Below are positions 29,313 through 38,549 of a stretch of DNA of 64,000 nt, piece by piece (positions within the stretch are counted from its first letter, which is position 1; each line of letters begins with the position of its first letter). The notes beneath the pieces are model-generated. The model was given only the letters and a program-made list of their open reading frames with translations, ran no database searches and had not been told where the DNA came from. Source of the DNA: a virus (taxonomy: Duplodnaviria; Caudoviricetes). The stretch lies in the IMG/VR virus record IMGVR_UViG_3300031963_000068, positions 20,231-84,230 of that record, one strand, 5' to 3'. A program made the position numbers and the translations under genes.

Positions 29313-30740
29313 ATGACTAAAGAAGAAAAGATTAAAAAAATAGACCTTCTAAAAAAGAAAGCCTCTGACTTAAAAAAGGAAGTAGACTATTATAACGCAT
29401 TACAACTTGCCCTAAAATTGGTATTGAACGGTAGTTATGGCGCATTTGCTACTTCTTATTTCATACTCTATAACAATCACGTAGCAGGAACAATTACAGC
29501 ACAAGGTCGAGACTTGACCAGAACAATGGATAAAGTCAACGAAGAATATTGGTACAAACAATGGCATAATGACCATGAACTACATTTTAAACTAGGAATA
29601 AAAAATGTAACACCCCTAACTAAGGATGAACATGTATCAATTTATGCAGATACCGACTCTTTATTTGTTACTTTCAAACCAGCTATTGACCATTGTGATT
29701 GGAAAAATATAATTTTTGACAATTTAGATGCCATAGAGAAAAAATTTATTATTTATACACCAGAAGAGGATTTTATTTGCAAAAATAAAAATTGCATTGG
29801 TGTTACAAATAAAATTGAGGAGTTACAAAATTTTCTTAAAGAAGATTACGAACTAATTATCTTTGATGGTCATTTCATAAAAGACAGAAAGATAAACTCT
29901 ATGATAGATGAAGGTGTCTTCACATCAGAAATAAGATGGAATTGGTCAAATGAAACTGATTTTATACAAGGATTAGACCACTTCAGATACGCTGGATATT
30001 TTAAAAAGTGTTTAGAAGAATATGCTGAGTCTTTTGGTGTCGAAAATAAAGAAGATTTTGAACTCGAAAGAATTTCAGAGTCAATAATAAACATAGCAAA
30101 AAAGAAATATATACAACACATTCTTTTTGAGGACGGAATTCCCTATGAAAGACTAAACTATATTTATCCAAAGGGAGTAGAACTAGTAAGATCCTCTACA
30201 CCTGCCTTTGCAAGAGAAAAAATTGTAAACATAGTAAAGTATCTTTTCTCTCATCCAGACACTTTTAATATAAAAGATTTATTAAAATTGGTGAAACAAC
30301 TGAGAAAAGAATTTGAATTAGCGGATATTGATGATATAGCAATGCAATCTTCTTGCTCTAATTATGACATAAAAGTATTAAATGATAAAACACTTCCGTT
30401 ACAATTTGTATCAGGTGCTCACTTTGCAGTAAAATCAGCAGCTCACTATAACTATCTTTTATCTAAAGATAAAAATATGCAGCAAAAGTATGAATTTATT
30501 AAATCAGGAACTAAAATTAAATACTATGTCTGTAAAGACAAATCTATCACCGATATGTTTGCTTATATTAGAGGTTCTTTTCCAATGGAGTTTGCGCCAC
30601 AGATAGACTTCGATGAGCAATTTGAAAAATCAATTCTTTCACCAATTAATTCAATTATTGAACCATTAGGAATGCCTGAAATTACTAAAAGACTTTCAGT
30701 AGTTATGGATATTTTCTCAGGATTCGGAAAAGGCTTTTAA
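29313..30740 (+). CDS. Family B DNA polymerase, C-terminal subunit of a split gp43-like enzyme
   Basis: QLALKLVLNGSYG (motif B), ITAQGR, YADTDS (motif C), AKKKY, KGVELVRSSTP; exonuclease domain and motif A absent. Confidence 0.9.
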   Translation: MTKEEKIKKIDLLKKKASDLKKEVDYYNALQLALKLVLNGSYGAFATSYFILYNNHVAGTITAQGRDLTRTMDKVNEEYWYKQWHNDHELHFKLGIKNVTPLTKDEHVSIYADTDSLFVTFKPAIDHCDWKNIIFDNLDAIEKKFIIYTPEEDFICKNKNCIGVTNKIEELQNFLKEDYELIIFDGHFIKDRKINSMIDEGVFTSEIRWNWSNETDFIQGLDHFRYAGYFKKCLEEYAESFGVENKEDFELERISESIINIAKKKYIQHILFEDGIPYERLNYIYPKGVELVRSSTPAFAREKIVNIVKYLFSHPDTFNIKDLLKLVKQLRKEFELADIDDIAMQSSCSNYDIKVLNDKTLPLQFVSGAHFAVKSAAHYNYLLSKDKNMQQKYEFIKSGTKIKYYVCKDKSITDMFAYIRGSFPMEFAPQIDFDEQFEKSILSPINSIIEPLGMPEITKRLSVVMDIFSGFGKGF

Positions 30741-31435
30741 AATACTTTATGATAAACTAAATTAGATTTAGGAAAACTCAAGTATTCCGGAGTTACTTGA
30801 TGATTATATGTTCTATATATGTAACATTCATTATCGTTTATAGCCACAAAAAAGTTAGTGACAAGTGGTTTTAAATGACCTCTACATCTTGCAAAATCTC
30901 TAAATTTACCAGTAGTTAAATTATCAAGAGGTTTTACTTGAGCAGATTTAACACCACCATTTATTTCCCAAAAGATATCGTAACCTTCCTCGTCTCTTTT
31001 TCTACTAGGACTAAATGGTTCTATTAAAATACCTTTTGAGTCGTAGTATTCAATTAAAACATCTTTTGCTTTTTGCTCTAATCCTCTACCTCTATTGTAA
31101 GAGTTTGTCAGAATGTTTATAACATTTTTGAAATATTGACCATTCGGATGATATAACTCAAATTCATTATTTGAAATCCAAGTAGTTAAATCATCTATTG
31201 TTTTAGTTGGTGATATATTATTGACATAATCTATTAATAATCTGTTATTTTTTGACAATCTAAGAATTTCAGCCACTATTTTCATACCATGAGCCTTTAC
31301 CCAATACCTATTTATATAACCCCAAATATTTCTACAAGATTTTATAAGAGCTGTTCCTATCTTATCTTTATCGTCCTCTGTTAGAGCATTTGTTAGAGAC
31401 TCATTAAAATTGAGCCAATTCTTAATATTTTCCAT
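30737..31435 (-). CDS. Putative PD-(D/E)xK nuclease with capsid-targeting-like N-terminus
   Basis: RGRGLEQKA...RDEEGYDIF...SAQVKP; N-term MENIKNWLNFNES. Confidence 0.5.
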   Translation of the reverse strand: MENIKNWLNFNESLTNALTEDDKDKIGTALIKSCRNIWGYINRYWVKAHGMKIVAEILRLSKNNRLLIDYVNNISPTKTIDDLTTWISNNEFELYHPNGQYFKNVINILTNSYNRGRGLEQKAKDVLIEYYDSKGILIEPFSPSRKRDEEGYDIFWEINGGVKSAQVKPLDNLTTGKFRDFARCRGHLKPLVTNFFVAINDNECYIYRTYNHQVTPEYLSFPKSNLVYHKVF

Positions 31436-31440
31436 TTGAG

Positions 31441-31465
31441 GTATATATTAAAGTAGGATATATAA
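31441..31465. promoter_or_regulatory. Divergent pair of putative late promoters
   Basis: TTAATATATA (minus, 6 nt before 31435) and GATATATA (plus, 4 nt before 31469). Confidence 0.55.
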
Positions 31466-31468
31466 TTT

Positions 31469-31699
31469 ATGAAAAATGAAGAATTATATCAGGAGTACCT
31501 TACTTATTTAGATTGGAGATTAAGTGAGAAAAAAATTAATAAAGGAAAATACTCACTATTAAAAATGAGCAGATCGGCTTTTGAAGATTTCAAAGTTAGA
31601 ATAGAAAATGATGAAACTTTTAATGATGTGATAATAGAACTTATGAAAACTGAAATTAGAGATAAAAAAATAGATGACATTTTCGATGACTTTGATTGA
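31469..31699 (+). CDS. Hypothetical protein with C-terminal RDKKIDDIF motif
   Basis: 76 aa ORF. Confidence 0.6.
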   Translation: MKNEELYQEYLTYLDWRLSEKKINKGKYSLLKMSRSAFEDFKVRIENDETFNDVIIELMKTEIRDKKIDDIFDDFD

Positions 31700-32078
31700 A
31701 AAAATTATGGTTAATAAAAGTTCAGTTTCATTCTATAATGGAATTGACTTTGACTTAATAATGAAGCATGCAAAAGACGGCACTGACGGATTCATATTTT
31801 GTTTTATAAAAAATTGGGCAGATGAGGTAAAATCATGGGAAAGAAATTGTAAAATAAATTCAGTACTGACTAATGAGTTTATCAAAAAATTTAAAAGTAA
31901 AGATATTGAGAATGACTTTGTATCAATTTATCAATTAGATGGTATTGAAATTAAAGTTTTATTAGAAATAATAAAAGAAAAAATAGTTAATAAAAACTTA
32001 TTAAATCAAACATATATACACGATGGTGATTTAGACAAAGGGGCCTGGAAGATAGTAAAAACAAGGCTTTCAAACTAA
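31674..32078 (+). CDS. Hypothetical protein with internal RNCKINSVL motif
   Basis: 134 aa ORF; exact start uncertain. Confidence 0.55.
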   Translation: MTFSMTLIEKIMVNKSSVSFYNGIDFDLIMKHAKDGTDGFIFCFIKNWADEVKSWERNCKINSVLTNEFIKKFKSKDIENDFVSIYQLDGIEIKVLLEIIKEKIVNKNLLNQTYIHDGDLDKGAWKIVKTRLSN

Positions 32079-32090
32079 ATATATATCATA

Positions 32091-32606
32091 ATGAAAAGCA
32101 CATCACATACTATGAAACATTTGATGAGATATGAGGGTTACACATCTAAAGAAAGAGTAGATGATATTTTAGATAAGATTTCTAAGTATGGTATAAAATC
32201 GCTTACTCCTATGGAAAAGGAATTTTTAGACTCACATAAATCAGGAGAAGAAGAAAAATATCATGACAAATTAGCTAAATCTGAAACAGAAACAACATTC
32301 GAGGATGATAATGGCTATTTCAAATTTGAATTTGATTCATGTGAAGATTATGGTGATGAGACTCACTATTTAGGAACTCTTTATGTTCCTGATTTGAAAT
32401 GGCCAAATGGCAAAAAAATTGAAGGCAGACTAGAAGGAAGATTAATTGTTTTTTCAAATGGGCAAGTATCTCCAGATTTTTACTCCATACAAAAAGATCC
32501 TAAATCAGGTGATCACTATGATGTATTTGAGTTTTGTAACGGATTAGAATATGAACTTGACTCATTTTTAGACTATGTAGCCTCTGAATTAGAACAAAAA
32601 GATTAA
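32091..32606 (+). CDS. Protein with DUF6576-like module and capsid-targeting-like peptide
   Basis: MKHLMRYEGY; VDDILDKISKYGIKSLTPMEKEFL. Confidence 0.6.
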   Translation: MKSTSHTMKHLMRYEGYTSKERVDDILDKISKYGIKSLTPMEKEFLDSHKSGEEEKYHDKLAKSETETTFEDDNGYFKFEFDSCEDYGDETHYLGTLYVPDLKWPNGKKIEGRLEGRLIVFSNGQVSPDFYSIQKDPKSGDHYDVFEFCNGLEYELDSFLDYVASELEQKD

Positions 32607-32645
32607 TTTCAAAATTTTATATATACAAAAAAAATAAGAATTAAA

Positions 32646-33137
32646 ATGATTAAAAGATATAATCAATTTGTAAAAGGTAAAGTAAATGAAGACTATGAAA
32701 TGGAAGCAGAATTAGAGGCTCCTGTAAAAAATTTACCTTCTTTAGGTGGAAGACCACCTGTTAATCCACCGGTTGAAATGGAATCTGAATTCGAAGGTGA
32801 GGAAGAGGAAGTAGCAACTGATAAATATGAGTTAGCATTACAGAAATTAGCCGATGCTGCTGGTGTTGAGTTTACACCTGGTCAAAAATCAGTTGTAATT
32901 GATGGAAAAGAAATTACCTATCCTGCTGAAACCGAAAAATATCATATAAAGGGTGTGAAAAAATCATTTACGACCGTTGAAGACGTTTTAGCAAATTTAG
33001 GAGGTCAATCAAACACTCCAACTGAAAGGTCAGAGGAAGCAAAAGATGAGTTATCCTCTATAAAAGATGAAGAAGTTTTAGATTCATCAGAACAATTTGA
33101 ATCAAAAAGTTATAAATTTAAAAGATTCAAAAAATGA
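32646..33137 (+). CDS. Acidic putative internal head protein
   Basis: MIKRYNQFVKGKVNE; C-term FESKSYKFKRFKK; TTTTATATATA 20 nt upstream. Confidence 0.6.
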   Translation: MIKRYNQFVKGKVNEDYEMEAELEAPVKNLPSLGGRPPVNPPVEMESEFEGEEEEVATDKYELALQKLADAAGVEFTPGQKSVVIDGKEITYPAETEKYHIKGVKKSFTTVEDVLANLGGQSNTPTERSEEAKDELSSIKDEEVLDSSEQFESKSYKFKRFKK

Positions 33138-33250
33138 AATTAATAATTTTACTAGTCATTTCTATTATGTTGTTTTCTTGTAAAACATCAAAAAATAGTA
33201 ATTGTGATGCTTACTCACAAAAAGAAATAAAAAAAGACCATCAAATTTGA
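33134..33250 (+). CDS. Small lipoprotein (38 aa)
   Basis: Not in ORF track; ATGA overlap; MKLIILLVISIMLFS-CKTSKNSNCDAYSQKEIKKDHQI with lipobox LFSC. Confidence 0.6.
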   Translation: MKLIILLVISIMLFSCKTSKNSNCDAYSQKEIKKDHQI

Positions 33251-33261
33251 TGGTCTTTTTT
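33229..33261. terminator. Bidirectional intrinsic terminator
   Basis: AAAAAAGACCATC-AAATTT-GATGGTCTTTTTT between convergent genes. Confidence 0.85.
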
Positions 33262-33267
33262 ATTTTA

Positions 33268-33573
33268 CTATTCAGCTTGTTTTTCTTTTTGAATTTTGTT
33301 AATTATATACCCCGAAACTGCAAATTCAGCCGCTGCCCAAAGTAAAAATTCACCCATAGTCAATGTTGAATGTTTTTCTAAAAGGAAGAAAATCATACCC
33401 CACTGAGCTATTATGAAAGCTAAACCTGATTCAATTCTTTTCTTAGAAAAATAAGAATCTTTTGATGAATAAATGTTAATCAATTCTTTGATACCCCATT
33501 TAATATTTGACCACCCAAAAAACATTTTTTTATCTGTTTTTGTGACCGGTGTTGTTTTTTTTTCGTTTGCCAT
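33268..33573 (-). CDS. Two-TM membrane protein, holin candidate
   Basis: FSKKRIESGLAFIIAQWGMIFFLL and FLLWAAAEFAVSGYII, charged tail; late motif upstream. Confidence 0.45.
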   Translation of the reverse strand: MANEKKTTPVTKTDKKMFFGWSNIKWGIKELINIYSSKDSYFSKKRIESGLAFIIAQWGMIFFLLEKHSTLTMGEFLLWAAAEFAVSGYIINKIQKEKQAE

Positions 33574-33634
33574 AGTGATTAATTTTCTTTTATATATTTT
33601 TTAGGAGAAACGGATTTTGGCAATATATATCTAA

Positions 33635-34099
33635 ATGAATATTTTTAAAGTAATTAAATTTTTGATTTCTTCAAAACATTCTCATTTTTTATCAGTTGAT
33701 AAAAAAACATATAAAAAATGGAAATGGCTTATAATAGCAGCGGTCAAAATAAACAAAGAATATAAATCAGTAGAGATTTTTAGAAAAAAGTTCAAAGTAT
33801 TAGAAGACTTTGTTGTTGTTGGATTGAAATATAATGGTAAAAATGTAAGGAGGAGAACTTCTGGTTTCGCAAAAGAATTTATAGAACAAAACGATGACGC
33901 TAAATGTCTTTATTGTGATAAAATACTTACTTCTGAAAACGCCACGGCCGACCATATAATTCCAATATCAGAGGGTGGCAATAACTGCCAAGTAAATTTA
34001 GTAGTTTGTTGTAAGGATTGTAATGTAGAAAGAGGCAATTTAGATTTCAAATTTTATCTATCAAAGAAGAATGTTAAAAAAATTAAACATTTTATTTAA
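33635..34099 (+). CDS. HNH endonuclease
   Basis: CLYC...TADHIIPISEGG.N...NLVVCCKDCNVERG. Confidence 0.85.
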   Translation: MNIFKVIKFLISSKHSHFLSVDKKTYKKWKWLIIAAVKINKEYKSVEIFRKKFKVLEDFVVVGLKYNGKNVRRRTSGFAKEFIEQNDDAKCLYCDKILTSENATADHIIPISEGGNNCQVNLVVCCKDCNVERGNLDFKFYLSKKNVKKIKHFI

Positions 34100-34625
34100 T
34101 TCTACCGACTTTCACATCAATTTCTTTTGAAACCTTTTCATTTATAGTAGAAACTCGCTTAGATGATTTTACCATGAACTTTTCATGCCATGGTATGAAA
34201 ACATTACCCTCGGCAATTATTTCAAGTTTGATATCACCAGTCAAATTCTCACTAAGTATATCTAATTTTTTTATAGGAATATTACATTTTCCATTTTCAA
34301 TAACTCCATTGAAAACTAAGTTCCAATCTTCTGACTCTACAACCAATCTTGCCTTTGCCTTCTCTGGATTAGTACCCTCAATAAAAATATCACAACTGAA
34401 ATTTTCATTAACGTCTCTATAAAGATTGTAATACTCATCATTATCTTCAATGACATTACTCATGTTAGATAAATCTTCTTTAGTCAGGCCGAAGTCATTT
34501 AATAAATAATCAACTCGGTCTTTAGTAAGTAAACTCTGTTCAAAATATTCGTTTGAATCATCTAAATTCAGTTCATTTGAATTTTTATTAACAAAATCAT
34601 CAAAGCTAAATACATCTTTCTGCAT
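34092..34625 (-). CDS. Hypothetical late protein
   Basis: MQKDVFSFDDFVNK tag-like N-term; beta-rich C-terminal half. Confidence 0.6.
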   Translation of the reverse strand: MQKDVFSFDDFVNKNSNELNLDDSNEYFEQSLLTKDRVDYLLNDFGLTKEDLSNMSNVIEDNDEYYNLYRDVNENFSCDIFIEGTNPEKAKARLVVESEDWNLVFNGVIENGKCNIPIKKLDILSENLTGDIKLEIIAEGNVFIPWHEKFMVKSSKRVSTINEKVSKEIDVKVGRIK

Positions 34626-34640
34626 ATTGTATATATAAAT

Positions 34641-35051
34641 TTATAATTTGACTTTTATTTTTATTTCGTTTTCTTTTCTTATAAAATCATTAACGACAAC
34701 TCTTATATTATTTTTATTCTCTAAAATTTTTGTATAGTCAACTCCTTTAATTTTACATAAAACTTTTATAAATTCTTCAGTTTGTTCAACACCAACTTGA
34801 TCTTTCATCTGTCTCCAAGGATTACCTTCAATATAAAGCTTTTCTATCTCACCTCTTTGTAACGCACCACCAGAACCACCACCTCTTTTTCTTTCAATTT
34901 CTAATAAAATAAATATATCTTCCCAATGCAATTCAATAGATTCCCAGTGTAATGTTAATTCTTGCCAATCTAAAAATTTTTTACCTAAGGATATCTCTTC
35001 ATCAGTCCAATCTATAAAAGAATCAAGTAAAGAGGAGTATTTTAAAGACAT
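34641..35051 (-). CDS. Hypothetical late protein
   Basis: Trp repeats (LDWQELTLHWESIELHWED); late motif upstream. Confidence 0.6.
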   Translation of the reverse strand: MSLKYSSLLDSFIDWTDEEISLGKKFLDWQELTLHWESIELHWEDIFILLEIERKRGGGSGGALQRGEIEKLYIEGNPWRQMKDQVGVEQTEEFIKVLCKIKGVDYTKILENKNNIRVVVNDFIRKENEIKIKVKL

Positions 35052-35063
35052 AATCTTTTATTT

Positions 35064-35101
35064 TTATATATTAAAATCAGGTTGACTAAATTTATATATA
35101 A
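35064..35101. promoter_or_regulatory. Divergent pair of putative late promoters
   Basis: TTTTAATATATA (minus) and TTTATATATA (plus, 4 nt before ATG 35105). Confidence 0.6.
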
Positions 35102-35104
35102 GAT

Positions 35105-35779
35105 ATGATTTACGATTTGACCGGCTCAACTGTCTCAACCACCTATGGTAGGTTAGTTCAAGTAATACACGGTACACCAGAAACATATTATGATGGATTT
35201 GGCAACTTATTAGACTTAGGACCAGGAACTTATTCAATTGGACCAGTTGGTCCAACTGGTCCTACAGGCTCAAACGGTACATCAGTATATTGGGCTGGTA
35301 GTTGGGATGATATGATGTTATATAATTTTTATGATATAGTTTCATATAATGGCAACACATATCTCTGTATAAACTCTCTTACACCCGGTACAATGTATGA
35401 TTCACCAGATTTAGACCCAACAAATTGGATTTTAATGGCGGAAGGAATAATAGGACCAACTGGTCCACAAGGCGTTACTGGTAGTTCTGGATTTCATTCA
35501 GTGACTGGAGTGACAGCAGCATCTTACAGTATAACTTTAAATGATAACCCAACTCAATATTTCGGAATATCTCATTCTTCAACATCAGCCAATATAACTA
35601 TACCTAATTACACTTCCGATGGAAAGGTTGTAATTGTTAAAGATGAGTCAGGAAATGCTTCAATTTTTCCAATAACAGTAAATGCATCAAAGATTGACCA
35701 ATCAAATCAAGCTATAATTGCTTTAGATAATGGTTCAATCACTATGATGTGGAGAGTTAATACTTGGTGGATAATATAA
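35105..35779 (+). CDS. Virion protein with short collagen repeats
   Basis: GPVGPTGPTG, WDDMMLYNFYDIVSYNGNTYLC module, C-terminal DGKVVIVKDESGNAS fibre-tip pattern. Confidence 0.65.
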   Translation: MIYDLTGSTVSTTYGRLVQVIHGTPETYYDGFGNLLDLGPGTYSIGPVGPTGPTGSNGTSVYWAGSWDDMMLYNFYDIVSYNGNTYLCINSLTPGTMYDSPDLDPTNWILMAEGIIGPTGPQGVTGSSGFHSVTGVTAASYSITLNDNPTQYFGISHSSTSANITIPNYTSDGKVVIVKDESGNASIFPITVNASKIDQSNQAIIALDNGSITMMWRVNTWWII

Positions 35780-35795
35780 AAATAATAAATAGATT

Positions 35796-37022
35796 ATGTC
35801 ATACTTATTTAGTAATACCTTTATTCCAAAAAACACAGACGCATTTGGAAGAACAAGAGTCTCTGAACCTTTTACATTATTTGATTCAAATCATAGATAT
35901 GCAGATAACCAATTATGGTCATCGACTACGGCAACAGGAGGAACAGCTACATTTAATTCCGCACAAGGACTAGTTGACTTAGCCGTAACCGCAGCATCAG
36001 GTTCTGAGGTTCTAAGAGAGACAACAAAAGTGTTTGCTTATCAGCCTGGTAAGAGTTTACTAGTATTAAACACGTTTGTAATGGAACCTGCTAAAACTAA
36101 CCTCAGACAAAGGGTTGGTTATTATGGATTATCTAACGGTTACTATTTAGAACAAGATAATACCACGGTAAGTTTTGTAGAGAGAAGCTTTGTTACAGGA
36201 GTAGTTGTAAATACTCCGGTTGTTCAGGCAAATTGGAATATCGACCCAATGAATGGTTCTGGACCTAGCGGAATCACACTTGATTTAACAAAGGCTCAGA
36301 TTCTTTTTATGGATTTAGAGTGGCTAGGAGTAGGAACAGTACGAATCGGTTTTGTAATAAATGGAGAATTTTACATTTGTCATAAGTTCCACCATGCTAA
36401 CTTAATTACTTCTACTTATATTACAACAGCATCTTTACCATTAAGATATGAGATAACAAACACAGGCGCTACAAGTGGGATAAGCACACTCAAGCAAATT
36501 TGCTCTACGGTTATATCTGAAGGTGGTTATACTCTTAGTGGACTACAGCAAGCAATCGGTATTCCTTTAACTGCTCCAAGAAACTTACCAATTGCTGGAA
36601 CATTTTATCCCATAGTAAGCATACGCCTTAAGGCATCTCCTGATCGTTTAGATGGTTTGATAATATGCACCGCAATTTCTGCAATGGCTACTACTACAGG
36701 ACATTACAACTGGCAACTAATTGCAAGCGGAACTACAACAGGTGGAACCTGGTTAAGCGCAGGAACAAACTCCTCTACAGAATATAATATCACAGGAACG
36801 AGTTTTACGGGAGGTAGAATACTTGCAAGTGGATTTTTTAGTGTGTCAAACCAAGGATCAACTCAAGTTGATATTCTTAAAGAGGCACTATTTAAGACAC
36901 AGCTTGAAAGAAACGGACTGACATCGACTCCATTTGAACTTACTATTGTAGTTGCTTCTGACGCTGGAGGCGGAGGAGGAAATGTTCTTGCATCAATGGA
37001 TTGGGAGGAAATAACTAGATAA
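35796..37022 (+). CDS. Beta-rich virion protein (lectin-like, putative)
   Basis: DAFGRTRVSEPFTLFDS, YQPGKS, EWLGVGTVRIGF, LPLRYEI; all-beta composition. Confidence 0.55.
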   Translation: MSYLFSNTFIPKNTDAFGRTRVSEPFTLFDSNHRYADNQLWSSTTATGGTATFNSAQGLVDLAVTAASGSEVLRETTKVFAYQPGKSLLVLNTFVMEPAKTNLRQRVGYYGLSNGYYLEQDNTTVSFVERSFVTGVVVNTPVVQANWNIDPMNGSGPSGITLDLTKAQILFMDLEWLGVGTVRIGFVINGEFYICHKFHHANLITSTYITTASLPLRYEITNTGATSGISTLKQICSTVISEGGYTLSGLQQAIGIPLTAPRNLPIAGTFYPIVSIRLKASPDRLDGLIICTAISAMATTTGHYNWQLIASGTTTGGTWLSAGTNSSTEYNITGTSFTGGRILASGFFSVSNQGSTQVDILKEALFKTQLERNGLTSTPFELTIVVASDAGGGGGNVLASMDWEEITR

Positions 37023-38219
37023 TTAAAGATATTTCAGACCATCAAATTTTTTGTTGTAATCAGTCTCCTCGGTATTTTTTTTCTTTTTTCTAAACTTTGG
37101 AATCCATTTGATATCTAAAATATCTTTTGAAAAGAATTTTTCAAGTTCTAATTTTTTATACGGATTATCGACTAAAGTAGATAATTTATTTATGTCTTTT
37201 ACCTTTGAGATTCTATGAAGTAATGAAAATGGATCTTGAGAGTTTTTTTTATCTACTATATCTTCAAATAATTTTTTCCATAGAAAAACAGGATATCCTT
37301 CTTTTATCTTTTCTTCAGATTTTTTATAACCAGCTTCATCGTTATCAAAAAAATATTGAATATCTAAATCATTATTTTCTAAAAATCTATAATCAGTATT
37401 AACTCCAACAAGGCCTATTGAATTTGGAAAAAATAATGAATCTAAATAACCTTCAAAGACGGTAATAGTTTTAGAAAAATCTACGTTTAAAATATTAAAG
37501 TAATAAGAAAGTTTATTGTAAACTACTAATTGATTTATATCCATTTCTACATCATTATCTTTTCCGATGTTTATCCACTCTAAAAGGTTTTCATAATTAT
37601 AAATCTTAAACATTCTACGTTTACCCTCTTTCAAATTTCTTATTTGAAGACCTAAAACTTTAGTATCTCTTCTATTTAACATCACAATTATCCACTCAGC
37701 CTCATCTTCATTCTTCCAATATTTAGCTTGATAAATATTTTTATGAAATTCAACAGGAATTCCTCGACCTAGAAGATATTTGTAAACACCACCGTTTACT
37801 TGTATTGGTTTAAAATCCGATATCGGAGTTAAATCTTGTGAAAAAACTCTTTCTAATTCTGATAAGTCTATAAGATCATCAAATTTAGCATCAACAAAAT
37901 CACCCTCATAATCAGAATACGTCATAACACTATTCAAGTGTTCAATCATTTCTAATTTTTTATCAGGGTCTATTTGTTCGTTAAAATCCTTACATATTCT
38001 ATCAATTGTAGTTTTTTTATCACAATTAAAACAAATATAAATAAGTCGATTTAAGTAAAGATTTCCTCTTTTTGCATGTTTGTTTTTATGACTATCACCA
38101 CAATAAGGACAAGCAACATTGAATCTATCATTATAGTCCATAATTTTTCTTTTATGACTATCTGAAAATTCTTTGTTTAAAATCTTTTGTAAAATGTCTT
38201 TTATATAAATCTTATCCAT
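37023..38219 (-). CDS. DNA primase (T4 gp61-like)
   Basis: ACPYCGDS...CFNC zinc finger; TOPRIM VFEGYLDSLF, FFDND; KDIN; start revised to MDKIYIK. Confidence 0.9.
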   Translation of the reverse strand: MDKIYIKDILQKILNKEFSDSHKRKIMDYNDRFNVACPYCGDSHKNKHAKRGNLYLNRLIYICFNCDKKTTIDRICKDFNEQIDPDKKLEMIEHLNSVMTYSDYEGDFVDAKFDDLIDLSELERVFSQDLTPISDFKPIQVNGGVYKYLLGRGIPVEFHKNIYQAKYWKNEDEAEWIIVMLNRRDTKVLGLQIRNLKEGKRRMFKIYNYENLLEWINIGKDNDVEMDINQLVVYNKLSYYFNILNVDFSKTITVFEGYLDSLFFPNSIGLVGVNTDYRFLENNDLDIQYFFDNDEAGYKKSEEKIKEGYPVFLWKKLFEDIVDKKNSQDPFSLLHRISKVKDINKLSTLVDNPYKKLELEKFFSKDILDIKWIPKFRKKKKNTEETDYNKKFDGLKYL

Positions 38220-38236
38220 TACATGATATATTGTCA

Positions 38237-38264
38237 AAACTATTAGGAGTTTTAATATAAAATA
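38237..38264 (+). promoter_or_regulatory. Putative non-late promoter AAAC-N16-ATAAAATA
   Basis: Recurrent spacing. Confidence 0.5.
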
Positions 38265-38280
38265 ACTATATTTGTTTATT

Positions 38281-38517
38281 ATGACACTAAAAGAACTATA
38301 CGAATCAAACGTTGATGTAAAAGAATCTCAAATCCCAGAAGAATGGAAAGAAAGTTTCAATAAATTTATCTTTGGTTCTACCTGTCTTGCTGAGACAAAT
38401 GAAGATGGTACTATAAAAGAATTTATTTACTATGCTTGTGATTTTAGATCATGGTATTTCCAAAATAAAGAAGCGATTGAAAGAGATATCAAAATAGACC
38501 AAATAACTAACAAATAA
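38281..38517 (+). CDS. Hypothetical protein with C-terminal RDIKIDQI motif
   Basis: ATG 38281 preferred over TTG 38272. Confidence 0.6.
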   Translation: MTLKELYESNVDVKESQIPEEWKESFNKFIFGSTCLAETNEDGTIKEFIYYACDFRSWYFQNKEAIERDIKIDQITNK

Positions 38518-38549
38518 AAAAGTCCTCTTATTTAGAGGACTTTCTTTTT
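38516..38549. terminator. Intrinsic terminator between convergent genes
   Basis: AAAGTCCTCT-TATTT-AGAGGACTTT flanked by A and T runs. Confidence 0.7.

Noticed and set aside
29660-29950. Intein or intron in the polymerase insertion
   Set aside because: No C/S...HN-C/S/T splice junctions or LAGLIDADG motif; frame continuous
33635-34099. HNH gene as an intron-borne mobile element
   Set aside because: Free-standing with its own promoter motif; no interrupted gene flanks it
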